NCBI GenBank assembly: GCA_905331295.1
Contig: CAJNYD010000096.1
Coordinates: forward strand, 62,001-126,000
Reading direction: 5' to 3'
DNA from: Rotaria socialis
Taxonomy: Eukaryota
DNA: 64,000 bases
Positions 15,001-26,700 of this stretch are shown here, one piece after another. The notes under the pieces were generated by a model. It was not told the origin of the DNA and did not search any database. It was given only the letters and a program-made list of their open reading frames with translations. The first letter of the stretch is position 1. Every line of letters starts with the position of its first letter. A program made the position numbers and the translations under genes.

Positions 15001-17207
15001 TAATAGTTGATGTTTCAACGTCAATGTTTGGTACACTCAGTTTGGGTACTCTTGATGCTATTGTTGTATTGATTGCTGCATTAATTAAGATTGGCATCGA
15101 TAAATTTTCAATCGTAGTTTTCGGGCGAACTGTTCGATTAATAAAAACTAATGAACAAGGATGGAATGCTATGACGATCTATACGCTCATGCAGGAATTG
15201 TGTTTTGACCGAGATGATGAAACAAGAGATGCTGATGCACTTGAGGTCGGTGTTGATCTACTTCAACAATGTTCGACGCGAGGTGAAAAGAAAATTTTTA
15301 TTCTCACTGATGGCTACAGTAGTTGTCGAAATAAATTGATTATGGTACAAGAACGCGCCGTACAGAATGGCATCGATATCATTGCTATGGCTATTGGGAT
15401 CGATAAAACAAATCTCGAAAAGTTTTACAAGCGATATCTTCAATGTGCCACTGTATATGGATTGCCGAAAGCTTTGCGAGCTCTCTTCGAACACGAAACT
15501 GAAGTCAATTGCATAGAAAGGTTAACAGACACACCTGAAGAACAAAATATGACAAATCGAAATGTATTGGAAGGTCTTTTTGACAATATTAGATCAGATA
15601 AAATCTTTTCATGCATAGCTGAGGAGTTGACTGGCGAGCGGCGTATGAAGTTGATCAATGACGTTTCATCGTCAACGGATATTATTTTGGATATTTGCTT
15701 CTGTATCGATTGTACAGGCAGCATGTCACCATGGCTCTCTGCTATGAAACTGCAGATGCAACAAATTATATCGGGTATCAAAGATACGATTAGGAAAAAG
15801 CATGGATCACTCAACTTTCAATTGCGTCTTGCTATCGTTGGTTACCGAGACGTTCAGGATCATTGGGATGACGAACAATTCTGTGTCTATGAATTTACTA
15901 ATCAAGTCGATGATCAAGTCGATCAAGTCAATCCAGTCGATCAATTCCTGAACAAATTAACTGCAACCGGTGGTGATGATCTTCCTGAAGACGTGCTCGG
16001 TGCGTTGCATCGATGTTCGAGATTGAACTGGTGGAAACCAAAAAGTGCTCGCTGTATCGTTCTTATCACAGACGCTCCAGGTCATGGAGAACTGAATGAA
16101 AAACTTCGCGATAATTATCCTAAGGTATAGAAACAAAACATAATGATTTGTTTTTTAATTCAGTAGCTGACAGATACGTCAAGCAATATTATATATCCTA
16201 GAATCAAAAGTCGTCTTTTTGAATTGCGACACATAAAAAAATAAAATTAGATCGTAAAAGTAAACAAGAATAAGCTCTTAATATACAAACATCTGTTTGC
16301 ATCAGAAAAGAAATTTCCCGTTTCAGATATCCACGTATCGATAATGTTTTATTTATAGAAAATTCTACTTTTCTAGGGAGTGAAATCACGTACATTGGAG
16401 CAAATCTGTGATCGTCTCCTCACAAAGAACTGTGAAATCGATCTGCTACTATGTTGTATCAAAAACGCAGAAACGCAAACGATGCAAAAAGCATTTACTG
16501 ATTACTACAAAAGAAAAGATTCAGATAAATCTTTTACTGTCTTTCATCCATTCCAAGAAGATGAGCAAGTCCTGCAGCCATTTCATTTTCTTTTTGTACT
16601 TGATGGATCCAATTCAATGAATGATCATTGGAAAGCTTTAGAACGAGCTTATGTTGCCTTTTTAGAAAGTCGTAAAAACCATCAAGGTGATGATGATATG
16701 TTTAGTGTTGTGCAATTTAGCGATGAAGCCCAGATTGTCTTTGAGCGAAAACCTCTCACCACAGCTCCTCGTAGTATTAAGCAATTACATGGTGGCACAA
16801 ATTATTACAATGCTTTAAAGGCAGCAGAGGAAGTGATTCAACGCGATTCAACAAGGTTATCGGTGGTGATGATTTTCATGTCCGATGGACAAGATCAATC
16901 ACAGGAACGTCCAGCATCGCTTATTACTGATCTAAAACAAAAGTACAACCAAAGGCACAATTTTAAATGTCATACTGTTGCTTTCGGCGAAGAACTATCT
17001 ACGAATCCGGAAGATATCAAATTATTGAATGATATGGCTTTATGTGGACGTGGAAAAATGTACGAAACCTCAAAAGATGATGATCTTAGAACTATATTTT
17101 GTGATATTGCAGCAGAAAACAGTAATATGACAGCTGAACTTGTTGATCGTTTCGCCGATACAATTACTAAGCAAATTACAAAAAAAATCATGCTTGACTT
17201 TCTCTAA
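1..17207 (+). CDS. Giant (>5,600 aa visible, 5'-truncated) midasin-like AAA+ protein with ASH/PapD-like Ig repeats and four C-terminal VWA domains; exons <1-14586, 14643-16124, 16377-17207
   Basis: Frame 1 is open from base 1. Two phase-0 GT-AG introns (14587-14642, 16125-16376) join the three long ORFs in frame (..STQ|IHAEF.., ..NYPK|GVKS..). AAA motifs of the dynein-related/midasin type: GFTFVESEFVQAIREGCWVLFDNVN, LERLNSL, HENFRLFATAN, LSSAFLNR (~256-600). Repeated (L/I)xFG...I/L-x-N-x-G/S beta-rich units lie at ~8700-10480. MIDAS-type motifs: DNSGS (13861), DVSTS (15009), DCTGS (~15708), DGSNS (~16602). Confidence 0.85.
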
Positions 17208-17899
17208 ATTTATTTGTGTTTTGGCTACTCTTTGAAATAGTTCAGTTTATAAGATATTATCTATTTTATTTCAGAATAAATTTTAATTACTATAGTAGTG
17301 TGAAATATACTAAAGTGAGAATATATCTGTATCAAAATTCTCTCCTTTTAAAAGCTACAGATAAATAAGCAAAATGTCTTATTCTTTGTTTAATATCGAT
17401 GATCTACTGTCTTCATGAGATCACAGGAGATTTTTAAATGAAATACACAATAAAAGAAGAAATAATAAATGACTTCTTTATGATTTGTAAGTTCAATTTT
17501 CTAATGTAAGTATTATTTATGAAAATCATTATAAATATAGTTGAATTTGCTCATATTGCGGTCTTTATTGCAGAAATTTGAAATCAATGAGCTTCTTCAA
17601 TATCTATTTCTTGATCAATATTTCTTTCTGACCATATAAGGAAATTATTTAGCTTCAGAGTCAATCAATAATTACAAAAAAAAATGAATCTAACTTTTAC
17701 TGAAAAAATGGTAGCCATTTCGTTAAATGTTATATTCCAATCTCGAAGTCATTCAGAAATTTTCAACCGTATTTTGTTTCTGTGTGTGACAAATGACTCA
17801 ATACCTAGGATATTCTGGGGTCAGCTTGAAGTATTGTCTCGAAGGATTCTTCATGTTGGATAATCCAACAGGAAAATTTCTAAATCATTATCTATTTAT

Positions 17900-18034
17900 G
17901 GATGTGGGTGCTGTTGGAGTGTGAGTAATAACATAACCCATGCCCACACCCTCAGGTAGAATCGCAAAAACTATCTTGAGGGTGTGGGTGGGTGTGATAA
18001 TGAAAGATTTACACTCACACCCACGCCCACACCC
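17900..18034. repeat. Degenerate fold-back (MITE-like) element rich in GGGTGT/ACACCC
   Basis: Perfect 12-bp inverted repeat CCCACACCCTCA (17943-17954) / TGAGGGTGTGGG (17977-17988), with looser outer inverted arms. Related degenerate motifs occur at ~20424-20474 and ~21380-21460. Confidence 0.5.
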
Positions 18035-19772
18035 AAGAAAATATAAACGAATTAAAATGGCCACTGGCAAATATATTTGTTCCGAAGTAATTAAAGGTCT
18101 CAATTAGTTGAACCTGTTTCTGCATACTATCGTCCTAATATTAAAATTATTTTTTCATTAAAATAAATTATGAAAGCTGTGGGTTATTAAACATACATAA
18201 GTGATTATAATATCCATTGCACCGTTTGACTTTCAAAAAGAGTGTTCCTTGTTTCTTAGTTTCTGTTTGATCAACTTGGACAAGGTTTTCGTCAAATTTT
18301 CTATCAATCATTCTCTATATCCACTACTAAAACCAGTCTTCTACAGACAGTTATTTACCTACAGCATTCAAAATAATTTTTTCTGTGTGCCGGATTTCAT
18401 GTATTTTTATGTTAACTCCTCGCATGCTTCTCTTTCTTTAATTTTTTCCAGGTATAAATGGAAAACGTAAAGAATGTTTTGCTATATTTCTTATACGATT
18501 TGAAACGATCTATTTATCCATAATTTTATTTTTTATTCGAATTGTTTTTGTTTCATTTAAATAAAATTCCTTTCAGTTGTTCCAAGAGGCGTCAAAATAA
18601 ACATCACGCCTCCTACTAAATCTTCTGTGAAACCAATAAGCTTTTAAGAAAAAGTTTTTATGCTAGATATTCATCAGATTAGGCAGTATTCATCGCTGAA
18701 AATCGCAACCTATTAGCTTTTGTCGCTTTCGAATAATGTACATTTTGATGGTATTCATTGACACACGAGTATGACCGATACTTTATCCTACCACTTTTGT
18801 CTATCTCTTGGCTAAGTTACAAAATATCGCGAATTTGTTTTCGCTACAAATACAACATCGAAGATACATTTTATGATGTAAGTGCCAACATCTTAGCTTA
18901 CTTATAACAAGAGAAATTTAAAAAGTAGAGATAGACTCATCTTTTAGTTCCCATCAATCCCCTCTCCAACTAGAAAATCTGAAACAAATTTGAGCACTTA
19001 TCAGCTATGTGCTTATGCCGAATAAATCACTTGAAACTTGATGTTTCGTACTGTATTGGAGATTGCATTAGTTTCGCGCTAAAGTTTTCCAGTCTGTGAA
19101 TTAGGCAAGCGAAAAAAGTGGTACTATGCAAAGCCACTTTTTCTTATACTTTTAGGTATTTATCCATTGATAATACTTAGTTGTATAACAAGGTTTTGCG
19201 GCTCCAGCCTAGGCCTTATCAACCAAGTAAATTGAAAATAAAATGTATTGAATAGGTCTCTTTAGCAACGGTGGGAATGAGGTGGGGTGGGGGTGAATAA
19301 GGAGCGGGAAAGAAGCAAGTATTATGAAATTGGTTCCCATAGTAACGAGAAAAAGAACCAAAAATAGTAATAGTGCCTATATTATTCTGGAAGTGTATAG
19401 AGTTCAACTATTTGAAATATGGGAGGAGAGAGGGAGATGAGTGCTAATGTAGCAAAAGCATTTCATTTCGGTGTCAATCGGTAAAGTGCTAAAATGATTG
19501 GTCTAGCTAATGCAGAATAAGGAGACATGACAAAGTATAGGCTTATCCATTTAAGTGCAGGCTAAACTCAACAGCATACGCTAAAAAGCATGAAGAGAAA
19601 AGAATTTCAATTAAGAGATTTAATGAAAGATTAAATCGATGTACATAAAAGGTGTAATATGGTAGTTAAACCAACAAAACGATGATTGAATTGATATTTA
19701 TCGTTTCTTAGGCCATCTGCCGTGTATAGTATGATTAGGAGAAAACATTAGACATTCAAAATGTATACGACA

Positions 19773-19790
19773 ATATATATATATATATAT
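19773..19790. repeat. (AT)n microsatellite
   Basis: Run of AT dinucleotides read directly. Confidence 0.9.
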
Positions 19791-22393
19791 AAATTTGTTT
19801 AATACAAGAATGCTGAATAAATCACATCAGTCGGTAGAAAAGTAAATATCAATGCGAACATATTTTAAATAAGAAAATTTTGAAAACGCGCATATCAATT
19901 ATAAAAATTATTTTAATTGTGAGTTTATATATTGGATATTTGTTCAAAATAAATTACCTTAGCCTCTCTAGCAATATACCATAAATCTATTACGTCACAA
20001 GACATGAGTTCCACTTTTTAGCTCCCGGAAGGAACTTCACTGACAAGTTGCTTCAATCATTCTTTTTCAAAAAAAATTGTTACCATAAGTAGTAGAATCC
20101 CTCGCATATATGAGAGTAAAAATGATTAAATGGTGTTTTTTTTCATTTAAACTAGCTTTTCGAAAGGACAAATTGAATAGAGTGCATCAAATGAACACTG
20201 CCAACAAAGAAGACTAGTCATTACCGACACCATGTACACTCTGTTTGCTGCATACTTATTTCTTTTTCTTCAGTTGTTAATAAACTAACAGCTAATTGTT
20301 TGTATGATTAATCAACGTTTCAGTGTGAACTGTTTTATAGCTATTAATGTATATTTTAAAACGTTTGAATAAACTCTTCGGTGCATTCAGTTATAATGGC
20401 TAAGATTTGCACTTGTTTATTAATGTATGGGTATGAGTAAAGTTTCCACATCCAATATCCACACACATCCTCACATTCTCAATATTCATTAAGCAACTCA
20501 TTTTGCTTATGTATTCTTAACAATTGTAGTGTAGATGTATTTTTATGCAATGATGGAAGACGATTACAATGAACCGTCGAATCGACGTAAACTACTCAGC
20601 TTTAACTAAACCTTTCGCTTTAATCTAGAAATCTAAACAACAAAAAAAGAACTGGTGGTAATGATTTAAAACAAGGTAATTTCAAGATAATAAATTGGAC
20701 ATGTTTGATTAAGAACCTTTGTACTCTGTGGATAGTCTCATAAAGAGATAATCTATATATGGTTTTTGATAAAAAAATTATTTTTATTTTTCTTCTTCTG
20801 CAAAAAAGATAAATGCCATTTTTAGCTCAAAAACAAGATTAAATAATTAACGATTTCGGTACTTTCCATGTTACGCACAGATGTAAAATATTTTACAGAA
20901 TAAAAAGTATTTTCACTATAAAAAGTTTTCTATCATACCAAAATTAATAAATTCAACTACAAAAATCACCAATGTTTAAATAGATAATCGCACGGGATAA
21001 TTGAGTTAGAAGAATATATTCATTCTATTGGATAGCATCTTTAGTAGTAGTTATAGCTCTTGTTTTCTATTTAAAAGATTAAAATAATCTATATTCTGAT
21101 GTAATATGATTACTATTTCTTAAATAACGATTTCGATTGATCTTTTAATGACGATAATATTTCATTTGAAAGAGAAAATTAAGAATGAAATAAATCCAGA
21201 GTTCAACTAGCAATTCAATATAAATTTAACAGAAAGAAATGAAAATAAAGTCTATTGCAAAATCGACTAAATTATCATTTTAAATCGTTAATATGTGCTT
21301 TTTAAAACATATTTAATCGAAATTTTTCTCCCTTATGAAAAGTTTTATAAGATTGAAAATACTTTTACAAGTTTTTATTGGGTGGATCGTTCTGAGTGTG
21401 GGTGTTAGGGACGCCTTGACGCTGTGTATGGAGAGAAAACCCATATCCGCACATCCTCAGCCGAATGAAGTTCAAGAAAAAGGAACAATTTTGAAAATAC
21501 TAACAGTATAATTCTTTACGCGCCGCTCTTTGTGCATACTTTTTAATGTTAATACAATATGATAAGTCAGAATCAGAATTCGTCCTGTGTAGTTTGACTC
21601 CTTTCACTCTAGTATATATGTAATGTTATCCAATTACTGAGTGAAGAGTTGATCATTTTACTGCTGGCAACAGCTGGAACCATCAAATACATTTTCAGTT
21701 TCCATTATGCCACGAACTCGAATAAATCTTCTGTTTAAGGAGACATGAAAAGAAAAAAAGAAGTTCTCATTACATTGTAGCACTATCAAATATACCGTTC
21801 ATATCTGTTTTGCTTTCAGTCAATTATTCCTAATTTCATTTTATCAAACAGGCCAGTGATAATTATTTTTAAATGATCCGTTAAAAAGAAACAATAAAAA
21901 ATGCGCTTTCTGTTAAAACTTAGTAAAGATTTACATTAGAAAAATCTTGCTTGAAATATGAAACGACAATAGGATTGACTGTAAAGTACAGTATATAAAA
22001 AAATGGTGTCGCTAGTTATCGATTTATAAACTGAAGCTTGCAATGCAGAGAAGTAATTTTCTTTTAACTAAAATAATTAATTTTCTACAAAATATCCTGT
22101 TTAACACATTTGATATAGAACCAAGTGAATATTCGAAATGAATAAAATTACTAATTAATGGTAGAACTTCTAAACAAATTATGCTATAATTTCGCGCAGA
22201 GCAAAAAATTCAAATTTTCAAATGCTTCAATTTTTATTTCAAGTTAAACGAAATTAACAATGCCTAATCATAGGATGAAACATATTTATTTATGATATAA
22301 TATAATATTTTGTTATGAAGAAAATCAATAAAAGAAAACTGTTTCAGTACAAGGAATTTTGAAAAAAATATATAAAATAATTCATTTTCATGT

Positions 22394-22864
<471 letters not shown>

Positions 22865-22992
22865 CTAGAGAATAACAAAGAGTTGCTTCCTATTTTTCGT
22901 ATGATCAAAGAAAGACCCACTTGTTGGTTAACTGTTGATAATGACTTGTAAAATCAGAAATTGAGTGTGAATGAAAGGAGTCTGTGCGTCTT

Positions 22993-23272
22993 CTTTATAC
23001 CCAGTGTCTCTTCAAATTTGGTTTTTTTAAATTTATTCGCTCATTGAGAAATTTCTTTCTCTTTGGCAGCTATGATTCACGAACACAGCAGCATTGCTTG
23101 GCACGTGAGTGAAGAAAAAAACAAAATACAATGACCTTTGTAGTGTTTTCATATCAACGAGAAATATAAAACAACGTTGGCAATGTTGAAAAAGAAATTT
23201 CCAACTTTGAAATACATTTCATTATGTTTATAAACAGAACAATTGAATTTTTATCTTAAGTTGGAAATTTCC
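22993..23272 (-). promoter_or_regulatory. Promoter of the di-ubiquitin gene: TATA box plus three kappaB-like GAAATTTC palindromes
   Basis: GTATAAAG on minus at 22993-23000, upstream of the 5'UTR exon. AGAAATTTCT at 23047-23056, AGAAATTTCC at 23193-23202 and GGAAATTTCC at 23263-23272. Function is inferred from motif resemblance only. Confidence 0.5.
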
Positions 23273-23736
23273 TACTTGGAAGTGTGATGAGCAGATTTTT
23301 TTCTTCAAGATTGCGGTAATACAAATGATAGTGAGATTTTAAAAATATCACTGAGGCTGATTATCAAACGAGAAATGTCAGGAAGAAAGATGCGATTCTT
23401 GATCTAAATACATAGTCTTACCTACTTTGATCTTCCACTGTTTGATATACATACGTTTTATTGAGGCAATATAATCCAACAGGTAGCACAATAAAGATAA
23501 AAGCATAGATGAATGCTGACGTCTCCTATGTAGGAAATGCAATTAAAATCAGTATTAATTATTACAAAATGTCTCTGTTGACAGCTTGTCCCTCATAACT
23601 ATCAGACAAAAAGCCAAAAGATAATTTGAAAAATACAAGTTTTTATTTCATTTTATCTTATTTAAAAAAAATAAAAACAAAGTCTTTCTATATTTTCATT
23701 TCATAATACGAAATGAAATGTTCGTGATGAATTTGT

Positions 23737-26700
23737 TTACAATTGCTTTCTACTTGGATATTGTCTCTTAAAATTGTTTGCAAAGATGTTTTGCACATTT
23801 GATAATGATTTATATAATGGACGAAATATTTCTAAATCATTGCTTGCAGTCTGTTTACTTTCATTCTTTATAATTACTTCTAACGAAGTTTTAACAGACG
23901 AAAGTACAAGATGAATATCAAATAGAAGATTATATGTATCTCCAGGACTCAATTCATTTTCTGCAATCAATGATTTTTCTGAACCTTGTTTAAAAAAATC
24001 CAATGCATAACTATTCAAATGATACGCTGTATTTGTATGATCACGACAATCGATATCTACGTATGGAACAAGTTTTGGTGAGAAGTCAAGATTATAGGCA
24101 AGATCCCATGAGCCAATTGTGGCATTGTAATTCGACATAAAACGTTCATGTGTAAGACCAGATAGACTAGCAAATGGAGATATCGATGGATTGTTTATTT
24201 GTTGTGATTGGTGATGATGAAGATTATATTCAAATGTTCCATCGTCATAGTCTGATTGTTCAGAAAATGATATATTCGAAAAAGGTAACGTCTCTTCACG
24301 ATCGGTTTTCATTGAACGTAAATATTTTGTTACATTTTCTATATAACATCCATAAACATCTTTAACTATTGAATTATACATATCAACACGTTTTCGAAAT
24401 TCTTTAGAAACCGGTGGTAAAAATAATTTCGAATTAAATTTATTTTCGCGGCGTATATCAGTTAAATTTGCATATTCGTTACGTGTAATTAACCTAGAAT
24501 TTTAATATAAAAATTATAAATATATATAATAGAATAGATAAGTTACTTACCATGGCATATAAGTAAAGAGATAAGCGAATACAGTCATAATTCCTACGCC
24601 ATCTTTAACTATATGAAAATATCTAGTATCCATTAGATAGACGAGTAAAATATTTGCTGGTTCATGATAATGTAAATGCGTTAGAAGACCAGCTAAGCCA
24701 ATAAGATTACCATGTCGATCAATCAAATTTAATCGATAAAGAAAATCTAATGTAAATAAACTGTGAAAACGTGTTTGAATGTCTATCAAATTTTGGTTTA
24801 ATGACGATTGTGAAAGTAAAGGGCATTGTAATGTTATTAATGATCGATTAATTGCATCCGTGGAATCTTTTGCAGTTGAACATAAATGAAGAAGACGCAA
24901 TAGAAATGTAACACTTGTTGGAAAATGCGCGCGAATATTCGGTATAGCTGATGTTATCAAATGGCTAACTTTTGGCAATGGTATGTCCACAAATACAACA
25001 TGCCCTTGAACATCAAAACCACGACGACCAGCACGACCTGACGATTGGCGATATTGTAAAGCATCAAGGTAAATTGAGTCTCGAACAAAAGCAACTGTTT
25101 TTGTTGGCATATGAATACCCAATGCTGCAACAGAAAAGAAAAACACTAAGAATTCTCACTGATTATATGATTAAAACGAAAATTAAAACAGAAAAGGGTG
25201 TTAGGAATTTCTTTTCTAAGCTTTTTTTGCATCCAAAAATATTCCTGATCATCTTCCTCATATTTCAGCTAATGAAGTGTTTGTTTCAATTTGTACTAGA
25301 TGCTGACATCGAAAGAAAAAGACCCTTCGTTTTAGTTTTCAGACAAATTTTGGCCTGTATATTGTAATTACATACCAAGTGTTGCTGTTGAGAAAACAAC
25401 TTGAACATATCGATTACGAAATAGGGCTTCAACCGCCACTCGACCTTTATTATTTAATCCAGCATGATGATAAGCTACACCTCGTCGTATGTAACCAACT
25501 AATTTTGGATTTTCCGATGATGCTCGCTCTAATAGATCATCGACTAATTCTCGGTCACATCCATTTCGATTTGCTAAAGTGCCTTCATCCAGAATGCCAT
25601 CCAATAATTGTTGTTCATGTCCCGAAAGTATTATATAATCATTTATTTCTTCTTCTGGCATTTCTAATTCAATAGTCTCATTGTCATCGTGATTTCTCTT
25701 CTTTGGCTTTGTTGGTTTTTTCGGTTTGGATTTTTTCTTCAGTTGTTCCATTGTTTCTATACGGTTTTTTAATGATTCAATTTGAGCTTTATACTTTGTT
25801 TCTCGTAATTCTATTTCTAGATTTTCAAAATATTCAGCAATAGATGTAGCCATCTGTTCACATAATAGTCGATTGTCCGAGAAAACCATACATGGTAGAA
25901 GATTTTTTTCTTTCAATGTCAATATAAAATCAATTATCAATGATGACATTGCTTTTGGTTCAGGATACTGAATATCTTTTGAAGTAATTGGTTTAAGAGA
26001 TGTTGCAATCGAATCAATACATGAACTTTCTTTATTTTCAATTAGATCATTGAATTGCTTACAAACGAGTCGAGAATAATTATTGCATCTACTTCGTTCG
26101 ATAACCCAATCGGGTGAAAAGTATTCTGTTAATGTTGGTATTGAATTAGGTTTCATCTCATTGTTTCTATCATGAAATGAAAAAACATTTACAATTAGCT
26201 TTATCATAGGAAGTTTGATAATAATAATTTTTTTTAGCCGTAAAAAAAAGTGTTGGTCGTAGAGCACATAAATGTCCTACTTACTTTGTATCATTCGGAA
26301 ATGTTTTCATAGCATCATTCAATTGCAAAGTTTCATAAGGTGATAATGAAAAATCTTTGGGAACACCTCGAGTTATTAGTTGTTTTGCGTTCATTACACC
26401 GATCGGATGAATTGGATGTAGCTCTCGATTTGAATATAGATATTTATTTAAATCAGCCATACGTTCATGATGGATAATAAAACGAACTCGACGAGGCTTC
26501 GGCGTTTTAAATATTTTAGATCGTTGTTCTTCAACATGTTCAATCCATTGACACATTTCTTCTCCGTTGTTAACTGTGGCTGAAAGACCAATCATAGGAC
26601 AATTAATAAGTAACATCGTTTTTTCCCAAACGTCAGATCCAATTTCACCCGACATGCAATGAATTTCATCGAAAATAGCATATTTTATTCTTTTACACCA

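Noticed and set aside
285..17191. Short antisense and alternative-frame ORFs inside the giant gene (and similarly inside POLE, DDX60, GH92)
   Set aside because: Shadow ORFs of real coding sequence with no motifs.
1..17207. Calling the giant gene MDN1 or RNF213
   Set aside because: Only one AAA module is visible. There is no acidic linker or RING/RZ finger, and the extra Ig and multiple VWA domains fit neither gene.
18201..19700. Short ORFs and a purine/G-rich tract, possibly a retroelement remnant or G-quadruplex
   Set aside because: No recognisable protein motif, termini or TSD.
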